IMG/VR virus record: IMGVR_UViG_3300045988_020090
Coordinates: 1 to 17,947 of that record
Origin: a virus
Length of the DNA stretch: 17,947 nucleotides
Strand: one strand, 5' to 3'
The notes under the pieces were generated by a model. It did not search any database, was not told the origin of the DNA, and saw only the letters and a list, made by a program, of their open reading frames with translations. The position numbers and the translations under genes were made by a program. Shown piece after piece: positions 4,905 to 12,230 of the stretch; the stretch's first letter is position 1, and the number at the start of each line of letters is the position of its first letter.

Positions 4905-5064
4905 TAGCGGGGTGTGCGTCCCAAGTCGATTCGATGGCCCGACCGTAAGGCAAGTCGGTAAGGCGATTCGGTCGGATGTAGACGTGCGTAGCCAGCGCCC
5001 AGCGACGGCAAGGGAACCCGCACAGCCTAGCAAACCGGCATGACGGCGTGATTGCCGTCATGCC
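4905..5064 (+). ncRNA. Candidate structured RNA (packaging pRNA analogue, or the 5' leader of the late operon)
   Basis: - This is a 187-nt gap with no ORF.
- An 11-bp perfect stem joins GGCATGACGGC (5037-5047) to GCCGTCATGCC (5054-5064) with loop GTGATT.
- A 7-bp stem joins CCGACCG (4939-4945) to CGGTCGG (4969-4975).
- Tandem 13-mers are TAAGGCAAGTCGG and TAAGGCGATTCGG (4946-4971).
- A tandem pair is CCAGCGC/CCAGCGA (4992-5005).
- GACGGC occurs twice (5004, 5042), and both copies are complementary to GCCGTC (5054). Confidence 0.3.
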
Positions 5065-5084
5065 ACTGACTTTAAGAGGTGATT

Positions 5085-5423
5085 ATGGACGATACCGAGG
5101 ACACCGAGCCGGACACCACGCCAGACGCCGAGCCGGACACGACCGCCGACGACAATACGCCGAACCCGGAGCTTGAAACGCAGGACAATGGCGAACCGGA
5201 GGATGCGGGCGACGACAAGGACGCCGACATGGCCAACCGTCTCAGCGCTTTGGAAGCGACCGTAGCGGAACTCTCCAAAACCATTGAGGCGATGCGCGAC
5301 GCCGCAGCCGACCACGTGCTGAACGATGGCCCGGACGGCGACACGACGCCGGAATCGGCTGAAATGACAGACGATGACTACAACGGCACTTACAGTACGT
5401 TCGATGATTTGTTTGAAGACTAA
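5085..5423 (+). CDS. Putative scaffolding protein (phi29 gp7-like by position), 112 aa
   Basis: AAGAGG (5074-5079) lies 5 nt before the ATG at 5085. The protein is very acidic (DDTEDTEPDTTPDAEPDTTADD...), with a central helical-looking segment (ANRLSALEATVAELSKTIEAMRDAAA). It is small and directly upstream of the capsid gene. Confidence 0.5.
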   Translation: MDDTEDTEPDTTPDAEPDTTADDNTPNPELETQDNGEPEDAGDDKDADMANRLSALEATVAELSKTIEAMRDAAADHVLNDGPDGDTTPESAEMTDDDYNGTYSTFDDLFED

Positions 5424-5445
5424 TGATTAGGAAGGATTGATTATC

Positions 5446-7182
5446 ATGTCAACTACTCCAGTGGTGACGCCGAAACAGCAGTTGCGACCGCTCACTGAAT
5501 TCAACAACGCGCAGATTCTCAATATGATTCGCAACGAGGCGTCGCCCGAATATCAGCGACGTATGCCCTCGGCCACCCAGATGAACATGGATAGGCAGAT
5601 GGCCACCCTCATGTCATCTACTCAGCTCAAGAACGAGTTTTATGCAGCGCTGGTGAACCGCATTGGCGGCACCTATGTGAACACATGGCGCTGGAACAAT
5701 CCGTTGAGTGTTTTCCAGCGTGCATCTCAGATGTATGGCGACACGTGGCAGGAAATCGCCGTAGGTATGCCGCTCGCACAGGTGTACGACCCGGACGCGG
5801 AATACTTGGGCGCGGATAATTTCCGTAAGTGGAAAATCGACGTAGACTCGCTGTATCATCGTCTGGATTTCGCCCACTTCTATCCGGCGACCACGGATGA
5901 CAAGACGCTCCAGCGCGCGTTCACCTCCGAAACCGGTCTGGCTTCGCTCACCTCGCAGATTCTCACCTCCTGTTACAATGCCGCCGAGGTTGACTTGTTT
6001 GAGGCCATGTGCCACCAGTTCGTTGAGTATGCGAAACTCGGCGGATACTGGCGCGTGCACATGAACAATGATTTGAACAACATGGGCAGTTCGGAAACCG
6101 ACGCGCGCGACATGTTGCGCCAGATTCGCGCATGGGCCGACACGCTGAAATTTGTATCCACTCGGTATAATGCGCGGCACATGCCGACATTTGCCCGCCC
6201 GGATGAGCTTGTGTTGTTCTGCTCCCCTGAAGTCAAGTCTGCGCTTGACGTGCAGGGTCTCGCCACGGTGTTCCAGCGTACGGATGCGGAGCCGACCATC
6301 GACCGGATTATCGTCATCCCGCAGGACAGGTTTGGCATGGACGGCGTGCAAGCCATCCTCACTACGGACAAGTTCCTGATTGACATTCCCGTTATCAACG
6401 AGATGACCCAGCAGACGAACCCGGTTAACATCAATTCGGTCAACCATTATCTACACGTCCAGCACATTATCAGCGTGTCCGGATTTGCCCCCGCCGTCAT
6501 GTTCTGGACGGGCGCGGGTTCCACCGCAAGCGTAGTGACGCCTACCGGTACGACGGCCAAGACGCCGACCTTCCAACTCAAGCTTGCCATGTACGGCGGT
6601 GGCGCGACTACGCCGGAGAATGTGGTGCGTGGCGGCGCTGTGCAGGTCACCGCCGATACGACCATCTCCAACGATGGTAAGGCCACGTTCCGCTCGGATG
6701 CTGTCGAGTACGCCATCGGTGATACCGCCAAGCCGAAGAGCGATTACACATACATTTCGCCCACCGGCGTGCTGGTGGTCGGCCTTGATGAGCCGAACAC
6801 CATTATTCCGATTACGGCCACGGCCCTGTATACAAATCCGGCGACACCTGAGGTGCCGGGCACCGTGTCCGCCGCCTTGGACGTGCCGGTGGTTGGCGAG
6901 GGTGTCATCGGATTCAATCCGTCGATTATCGCATCCATTGCCGTGACCGTCCCGGCAGTGACCGTGAATCATACGGCACAGGCGACCGCTACGGCGACCA
7001 TGATTGACGGCCGGACCGCCGACGTGACCGCGCAGGCCGCGTGGACGTCCGACACCCCAGTCAACGCCACGGTGTCCGAGTCGGGTGTCGTTGCGGGCGT
7101 CAGGGCGGGCTCGTCCAATATCACCGCAACCCTGTTCGGCGTGTCCGATAAGAAGAGCGTGACCGTGACGGCGGCCTCGTGA
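5446..7182 (+). CDS. Major capsid protein (phi29 gp8-like) with a C-terminal Big_2 Ig-like domain, 578 aa
   Basis: AGGAAGGA (5429-5436) precedes the ATG at 5446. Matches to remembered phi29 gp8 include FYAALVNRIG...NNPLSVF against FITSLVDRIG...NNPLKKF. Another is DDKTLQRAFTSE...ILTSCYNAAEVDLFE against DDSLKTAFVSW...IINAIYNSAEVDEYE. The C-terminal segment ...AAWTSDTPVNATVSESGVVAGVRAGSSNITATLFGVSDKKSVTV (about 6928-7179) is a typical Big_2 pattern. Confidence 0.9.
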   Translation: MSTTPVVTPKQQLRPLTEFNNAQILNMIRNEASPEYQRRMPSATQMNMDRQMATLMSSTQLKNEFYAALVNRIGGTYVNTWRWNNPLSVFQRASQMYGDTWQEIAVGMPLAQVYDPDAEYLGADNFRKWKIDVDSLYHRLDFAHFYPATTDDKTLQRAFTSETGLASLTSQILTSCYNAAEVDLFEAMCHQFVEYAKLGGYWRVHMNNDLNNMGSSETDARDMLRQIRAWADTLKFVSTRYNARHMPTFARPDELVLFCSPEVKSALDVQGLATVFQRTDAEPTIDRIIVIPQDRFGMDGVQAILTTDKFLIDIPVINEMTQQTNPVNINSVNHYLHVQHIISVSGFAPAVMFWTGAGSTASVVTPTGTTAKTPTFQLKLAMYGGGATTPENVVRGGAVQVTADTTISNDGKATFRSDAVEYAIGDTAKPKSDYTYISPTGVLVVGLDEPNTIIPITATALYTNPATPEVPGTVSAALDVPVVGEGVIGFNPSIIASIAVTVPAVTVNHTAQATATATMIDGRTADVTAQAAWTSDTPVNATVSESGVVAGVRAGSSNITATLFGVSDKKSVTVTAAS

Positions 7183-7188
7183 TATGAT

Positions 7189-7216
7189 GAGAGGGTGGCC
7201 GGTTGGCTACCCTCTC
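7189..7216 (+). other. Hairpin 1 of the post-capsid spacer
   Basis: GAGAGGGTGGCC (7189-7200) pairs with GGCTACCCTCTC (7205-7216). The stem is 12 bp with one G-U and the loop is GGTT. No T run follows. Confidence 0.7.
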
Positions 7217-7238
7217 TCACGGTGTGATGCGATACAAG

Positions 7239-7271
7239 GCCCGGAGCGCAAGCCACGTGAGCGCTCCGGGC
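7239..7271 (+). other. Hairpin 2 of the post-capsid spacer (loop contains CACGTG)
   Basis: GCCCGGAGCGC (7239-7249) pairs with GCGCTCCGGGC (7261-7271). The stem is 11 bp and the loop is AAGCCACGTGA. Confidence 0.7.
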
Positions 7272-7304
7272 ACTGTGACAGTCGCCTAATCTGCGATATA
7301 ATAA

Positions 7305-7340
7305 AAGGGAGTGTTTCACGTGAAACACTCCCTTCTTTAT
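7305..7340 (+). terminator. 30-bp perfect palindrome with a T-rich tail; terminator and/or operator (copy 3 of the GTTTCACGTGAAAC motif)
   Basis: AAGGGAGTGTTTCAC/GTGAAACACTCCCTT (7305-7334) is perfectly self-complementary and is followed by CTTTAT. The core GTTTCACGTGAAAC is at 7313-7326. A TATAAT hexamer sits at 7287-7292, just upstream. Confidence 0.65.
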
Positions 7341-7353
7341 GAAAAGGGATAGT

Positions 7354-9603
7354 ATGCTGAGAGATATCAACCCTAACGTTGAGGCGACGTTTAACTGGGC
7401 TCAATGGACGCCCAACACGTCGCTGAAACTCTGTAACGTGCCGTGGGACAGTAGTTACCGTGACCTGGCCCGGTTCGAATCACCGCAGAAACAACAGGAA
7501 TGGTTTGACCGAAGGCCCGGCATTGACAGGGTGCATGGAGTCATGCACATGTTCGGCCAACCCGTGCGCGTCGAACTGCCATTTAACGAGGCGTCCAACT
7601 ACAACTATGTCGTGGTGTATAACGATTACCCTGACTTGGAGTCGCCACGGTATTGGTATTATTTCATCAACCACGTGGATTACATCAATGCGTACACTAC
7701 TCAGCTCACTGTACAGTTGGACGTTTGGCAGTCGTTCCAGCATGTACTTAGGTTTGGTTCATGCTATGTGGTGCGAGGCCATATCGGCATTGCCAACGAA
7801 AACCAGATGACCGATTATGGTCGCAGTTATCTCGCACTACCCGAAGGGCTGGACACCGGTAGCGAAATGGTAACGGTGAACCAACAGTACAAGTCTCTTA
7901 TCGGCATGGACGGGAAAAATCTGAATTACGGCGTAATAGTCGTGAGCACGGTAGATTTGTCAGCGAACGCGGGCAGTCAGGAAAAACCGTCTCTCACTAC
8001 TGCGGGCGGCTCTCTGTTTGAGAACATGGCTAACGGTGCTGAAATACTGTACTTTAAGGACATCCAGTCCGTCCAAGTGTTTATGGGGGTGGGCTCTACT
8101 TTTTCATGGATAACACAGGGTATTGTAAACATGTACATGATACCCTCTTTGGATGATGACTTTCTTAAGCAATCCGGCTATGTCGTAGATAAGCTGTTTG
8201 GGAGAACACTCCCTTCGGAATTAAATAATCGTATCTACCGTTTCCCCCAGTCGGCCACAAATGCGCCCAGCAGATATGAAGACATTATTACCATTAATGA
8301 TTTTCGTGATAATTTTAATATCCCCAAACGTTATAAAAACCTTAAAAAACTCAAATGCTACCCCTATTCCACTGTTGAATGCACTTGCTTGAATGGCACT
8401 AATATCACCTATAAGCCCGAAAATATCCAAAGTGATAATCTGGTTATCAGAGAGGTGCATAATTACGCGCCCAATGGCGCGCGCTTGAACTTTTACCCGG
8501 TTGGGTACAATAAGGCGGGTGCAAGCGAGATCGCTCCTCTTGATGAAAACAATGGGTTGCCCATTGATAGCGGGGAAATGTTGGACGCCGCGTTTGGCAT
8601 CAGCAATTTCCCTCAATTTGTGATAGTCAACAATGGCGCACAGTTGGCAATGGCAAACAGTGCCTACACTCGTTCCTACAGTCAACAGTCCGCTGACTGG
8701 GCGTACCAAAAAGCGCAGATGGGCATCAGCCAGTCTCTTGCGGCCACGGCCATGCAAAACCAGTACAACACCCAAGCCAACAAACTCGCTATCGGCAACC
8801 GCAACGCCAATAACGCGATACAAGCGACCTCGCTTAACACCAGTCTGGACAGCACGACGTATATCAACAATCAGCGGGCTGACCTCGCACAGCTGAATAA
8901 CGTGTTTAACGGCGTGGTCGGGGTGGCGGGTAACGCCGCTTCGGGCAATGTCGGGGGCGCGGTATCGGCATTGGGCGGTGCGGTCATGAATGGTGTCAAC
9001 ACTGAAGCAAACCGCAGTATCAACAATACCGCCGCCCAACTTTCCACGGCGAACTCGCTGAGTACCAACGCGGCCACAACAAGTCAGGCCAACACATACG
9101 GCTCTCAGACTACAGCGCTTTCAAACCAGTTGGCCCAGAACATGGCGGATATGAACGCGGATTACGCGCAACGTTCCGCGTTCGGAGACTATCAAAACAC
9201 CATTGCGGGTATCAATGCACAGGTACAGCAGATGCAATTAACACCCCCGACCACATCTGGAGCCATCGGCGGAGACGGTTTTAACCTCGCGAACGGTATT
9301 GTCGGGGTGTTGGTTCGATTCAAGACGTGCGCACCCTCAGCTCTGCGGAGCGTCGGAGAGTACATGTTGCGTTACGGGTATTTTATCCAACGTTTCATCA
9401 CGCCGCCGCAATCGCTGGAATGTATGACAAAATTCACCTACTGGCAGATGCAAGAGTGTTACGTGCGAGGTGATTTGCCCGAGCAGTATCGGCAGACCAT
9501 TAAAGGCGTGTTCGAGTCTGGGGTTACTGTATGGACTAACCCGGATGATATCGGCGTGACCGATTGGGCGGATAACGACCCATTGCCGGGCATCTCGTTC
9601 TAG
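7354..9603 (+). CDS. Tail knob / distal tube protein (phi29 gp9-like), 749 aa
   Basis: I prefer the ATG at 7354 (AAAGGGA at 7343-7349) over 7339, which abuts the hairpin. Matches to remembered phi29 gp9:
- CNVPWDSSYRD...WF against ADVPFSNDYKN...WF.
- RYWYYFINHVDY...QLDVWQSF against KWFYAFVTELEF...EIDVLQTW.
- KCYPYSTVE against MMYPYCVTE.
- The C-terminal LRYGYFIQR....GDLPEQYRQTIKGVFESGVTVWTNPDDIG against HKYGYKINR....[28 protein letters not shown]. Confidence 0.88.
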   Translation: MLRDINPNVEATFNWAQWTPNTSLKLCNVPWDSSYRDLARFESPQKQQEWFDRRPGIDRVHGVMHMFGQPVRVELPFNEASNYNYVVVYNDYPDLESPRYWYYFINHVDYINAYTTQLTVQLDVWQSFQHVLRFGSCYVVRGHIGIANENQMTDYGRSYLALPEGLDTGSEMVTVNQQYKSLIGMDGKNLNYGVIVVSTVDLSANAGSQEKPSLTTAGGSLFENMANGAEILYFKDIQSVQVFMGVGSTFSWITQGIVNMYMIPSLDDDFLKQSGYVVDKLFGRTLPSELNNRIYRFPQSATNAPSRYEDIITINDFRDNFNIPKRYKNLKKLKCYPYSTVECTCLNGTNITYKPENIQSDNLVIREVHNYAPNGARLNFYPVGYNKAGASEIAPLDENNGLPIDSGEMLDAAFGISNFPQFVIVNNGAQLAMANSAYTRSYSQQSADWAYQKAQMGISQSLAATAMQNQYNTQANKLAIGNRNANNAIQATSLNTSLDSTTYINNQRADLAQLNNVFNGVVGVAGNAASGNVGGAVSALGGAVMNGVNTEANRSINNTAAQLSTANSLSTNAATTSQANTYGSQTTALSNQLAQNMADMNADYAQRSAFGDYQNTIAGINAQVQQMQLTPPTTSGAIGGDGFNLANGIVGVLVRFKTCAPSALRSVGEYMLRYGYFIQRFITPPQSLECMTKFTYWQMQECYVRGDLPEQYRQTIKGVFESGVTVWTNPDDIGVTDWADNDPLPGISF

Positions 9604-9618
9604 TGCTATACTGGAGGC

Positions 9619-10575
9619 ATGTCTAGGTCGAGGAAAAATCAGAATCGTAGGGGCGGCGCGTTGCACCCGCGTGGCAATTACGCCAAGGCACGCGCCGCCG
9701 ACCTTGACGCAATGTATTATCACCTGCTGACCGAACTGGCACTGAACCGGTTCAGTTGGCGGGGGCTACCGCCTACAGTGGATGAACGATGGTTGGAAAT
9801 GTGTCTGTGTGAATACGGGTGCGCGTTGTTTTTCGAGGACAAACGTATGGGCCGGTTCCTCGCTACGCAAGCTGGCTATCAAGGCCGATTGAACGTGTAT
9901 GATAATCCAACGTGCTTTGAGCCGGTGGGCGTCAACTATCATTACAGGCAACTCAAGGCGGGCCGTGAATGCATTCCGATTTGGGATAACCGGATGCGCA
10001 TGGGTTTCAAGGATATCTTATGGCAGTACGCGAGACGCCTTGCCGACATTGACAAGGCATATGACGTGAACTTGGAGAGCCTGAAACTGCCGACCATCAT
10101 CACCGCCGACCCGCGCACCAAGCTCACCGTGCAGAACATGTTGCAACAGCGGCAGGACGGGCAGGATTATATCATCGGCTATGATTCACTCGACCCCGGT
10201 AGCATGTTCCAACCGTGGCCGAACACGACACCTTACCTGTTGGATAAGTTCGTCCAGCAAAAAACGCAAGTGACTAATGAGGTACTGGGATATTTGGGCA
10301 TCCAATCCAGCGGCACCGAGAAAAAAGAGCGGCTCATTTCCGATGAGGTGGCGCAGTCCAACGAGAAAACGGACGTGTTCCGCCTGAGTTTTCTCAAGGC
10401 CCGGCAGGCGGCGGCGACGGAAATTAACCGGTTGTGGCCGCAACTTAACATCTGGGTGGAGTATGCGGACGCGCAAAGCTCCGGCGTGCCCAACGCGCTG
10501 GATTCCAGCGCGACCGGTACGACGGATATTGACATGCCCGCCTCGTATGATGCGGGTATTGGAGGTGTGTTGTAA
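9619..10575 (+). CDS. Head-tail connector / portal (phi29 gp10-like upper collar), 318 aa
   Basis: The basic N-terminus SRSRKNQNRR resembles phi29 ARKRSNTYRS. FSWRGLPPTVDERWLE matches FEWENLPPTINPSFLE, and GTEKKERLISDEVAQSNEKTD matches [21 protein letters not shown]. GGAGG (9613-9617) lies only 1 nt before the ATG, which is unusual spacing. Confidence 0.92.
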   Translation: MSRSRKNQNRRGGALHPRGNYAKARAADLDAMYYHLLTELALNRFSWRGLPPTVDERWLEMCLCEYGCALFFEDKRMGRFLATQAGYQGRLNVYDNPTCFEPVGVNYHYRQLKAGRECIPIWDNRMRMGFKDILWQYARRLADIDKAYDVNLESLKLPTIITADPRTKLTVQNMLQQRQDGQDYIIGYDSLDPGSMFQPWPNTTPYLLDKFVQQKTQVTNEVLGYLGIQSSGTEKKERLISDEVAQSNEKTDVFRLSFLKARQAAATEINRLWPQLNIWVEYADAQSSGVPNALDSSATGTTDIDMPASYDAGIGGVL

Positions 10576-10808
10576 TGATGACCTGTGACGCCATGGTAAG
10601 GCTTGTACGTGAAATGTATGAAGTCGCCGATAAAATCAGTAAGGCGGAAGAAGCTCTGGACAGCTATGAAAACGGGGGCTTGTCCATGTCCGGCCAAGCC
10701 GCTGGTCTACTGGAAAAACAAGTTGTCGCAATGAAAACATACTATGATATCGTCGCCGCACGTATTGGCCACCAAACGAGGGAGGCCACATATGGCACAG
10801 AGTTTTAG
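10575..10808 (+). CDS. Hypothetical small protein, 77 aa, between connector and lower collar
   Basis: The ATG overlaps the connector stop (TAATG at 10573-10577) and the 3' end overlaps the next gene by 17 nt. The composition is helical and charged. I recognise no family. Confidence 0.5.
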   Translation: MMTCDAMVRLVREMYEVADKISKAEEALDSYENGGLSMSGQAAGLLEKQVVAMKTYYDIVAARIGHQTREATYGTEF

Positions 10809-11586
10809 CGCTTACGCGATGACAACGCCCGGCGAGTACACGGAAACCCTCGGCAATCTCATTGCATTCGGATACGACACGGACGCCAGACTGCATCTCA
10901 GCGACGACTACTACCCGATTTACCGAGAAGACCATCGCGCCGAATTGAATGAAAAGATCGTCCGCCATTACGCGCTTAGGGAGATTGGTCAGGAAACCGC
11001 CCAACAGTTCATTTTTTACTTGGGGATGACGATGGCGGAAATCATGCCATATTTTAATGAGCGCTACAGGACGCTAGCGTTGAAATATGACCCATTGAAC
11101 ACTATGGAAATAGTCAGTGAAAGCCTGTCCAATACCGTAGCCCAGTCCAGCGGCAAAACCAGCGCCTCTCAGGATAGTGCGACCCGAAGCTCCTCGGACG
11201 GCACCAGCTCAAGTAGCACCAAGTCCCAGTCTTACGACTCGGAAGTGCCCGCAACCGGCGTGCAAGGTGATTTTGCCCGATACGCGACTCATGCCAATCA
11301 GGCGCAAGCAGATACGGACGGCAGTAGCCATAGCACGCAAGACACCTCCTCTCAGTCCCATAGTACATCCAGCACGGAATGGCAACACGACGCTACGGAT
11401 GGGAGCACCAAATCCCACACGTCGGGCCGCTCCCAGTCCGCCATGAGCCTGATACAGGAGTACCGACAGGCGATTATCAATGTGGACATGGAAATTGTGC
11501 GGAGCCTCGAACCGTGTTTCATGCAAATATGGGGCTCGTATGATACTATTTTCAGTAACTGCCATAACTATGGAGAATGGGAGTAA
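10792..11586 (+). CDS. Lower collar protein (phi29 gp11-like), 264 aa
   Basis: ORF 10744-11586. The ATG at 10792 follows GAGGGAGG (10778-10785). The segment REIGQETAQQFIFYLGMTMAEIMPYFNERY fits the lower-collar signature I remember (REIG.ET...F......M.EIMPYYN.LY). Its position after the connector agrees. There is a central S/T/Q/D-rich low-complexity stretch. Confidence 0.72.
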   Translation: MAQSFSAYAMTTPGEYTETLGNLIAFGYDTDARLHLSDDYYPIYREDHRAELNEKIVRHYALREIGQETAQQFIFYLGMTMAEIMPYFNERYRTLALKYDPLNTMEIVSESLSNTVAQSSGKTSASQDSATRSSSDGTSSSSTKSQSYDSEVPATGVQGDFARYATHANQAQADTDGSSHSTQDTSSQSHSTSSTEWQHDATDGSTKSHTSGRSQSAMSLIQEYRQAIINVDMEIVRSLEPCFMQIWGSYDTIFSNCHNYGEWE

Positions 11587-11588
11587 TC

Positions 11589-12224
11589 ATGGCTGCCATT
11601 AATGCGCTGATTCCACGGCAACGCCTGTCTGACGGGGTACCCACGTCCGTACCGTTCACGTATCGGGACGGATTGACCACGTTGCAATTGATTGAATGCC
11701 TACGCCACAATCTCGACACCCTCCAATGCGATTTGAGCAGGCTGGAGAAGGCCACGTCCGACCTCGCGGCATCTGTGGACAAGACTCTTGCGGATACCGC
11801 AACCCAGCTCAACAAGAATATGGCCGCGTTGCGCGCGGAACTGCTGGCCCTGATACACGAAATGGAGCAACAGGGCGTGGCAACCTCCCCCGTGTACGGC
11901 ACCACGCAACCGCTCGGGGACGTGCTTGGCGGCATATACGACAATGCGCGCAATCATGGACTGTTCTGGGGTGATTACGATAACATGCAGTTGACCGCTC
12001 AGGAATACGATGGGCTTACGCTTGGTGCCCGCGAATACGATTTACGCGCCACCGCCGTGGATAATTGCGTGCCCGGTGATTTTCCGGGCCGCCCCCAATT
12101 CCCGTATGGAAAATCCATGCCCGAAAACCCGCCCGCTGACATGGCGTATATCACGCAATCCGAAGCGGATGCACGCTATATCGAACGCAACCCGACCGCA
12201 GACAATTTCGATAAGAAAGGATAA
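11589..12224 (+). CDS. Hypothetical structural protein with a coiled-coil segment (tail appendage module), 211 aa
   Basis: ORF 11577-12224. The ATG at 11589 follows GGGAG (11579-11583). A heptad-like segment reads LDTLQCDLSRLEKATSDLAASVDKTLADTATQLNKNMAALRAELLALIHEME. The structural role is inferred only from its location between the lower collar and the fibre. Confidence 0.45.
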   Translation: MAAINALIPRQRLSDGVPTSVPFTYRDGLTTLQLIECLRHNLDTLQCDLSRLEKATSDLAASVDKTLADTATQLNKNMAALRAELLALIHEMEQQGVATSPVYGTTQPLGDVLGGIYDNARNHGLFWGDYDNMQLTAQEYDGLTLGAREYDLRATAVDNCVPGDFPGRPQFPYGKSMPENPPADMAYITQSEADARYIERNPTADNFDKKG

Positions 12225-12230
12225 TCACCC

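Noticed and set aside
5097-5147. Imperfect 24-25-nt tandem duplication (…CCGAGCCGGACAC… twice) at the start of the scaffold-like gene.
   Set aside because: It simply encodes the repeated acidic peptide DTEPDTT/DAEPDTT. It is too short and has too few copies to be an array or a regulatory repeat.
5614-6447. Long antisense ORFs inside structural genes, such as 5614-6447 (277 aa), 8221-9039 (272 aa), 13897-14523 (208 aa) and 15085-15651 (188 aa).
   Set aside because: They lie opposite genes with clear phi29 homology (capsid, tail knob, tail lysin, ATPase). Their Arg/Gly/His-rich composition is typical of GC-rich antisense frames. None has a convincing start context.
9604-9612. TGcTATACT, an extended -10-like box ending 6 nt before the connector ATG. 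This could imply a leaderless connector mRNA, and the GGAGG is only 1 nt from the ATG.
   Set aside because: It is a single imperfect hexamer inside a tightly coupled operon. Translational coupling to the tail-knob stop (9601-9603) explains the odd spacing equally well. It cannot be tested from sequence alone.
11140-11440. Ser/Thr/Gln/Asp-rich low-complexity stretch, together with the alternative-frame ORF 11177-11446 and antisense ORFs 11114-11368 and 11209-11565.
   Set aside because: The stretch lies within the lower-collar reading frame, between conserved N- and C-terminal parts. The alternative frames give Pro/Arg-rich sequences with no start signals. It is most simply a disordered or tube-forming insert in the collar protein.
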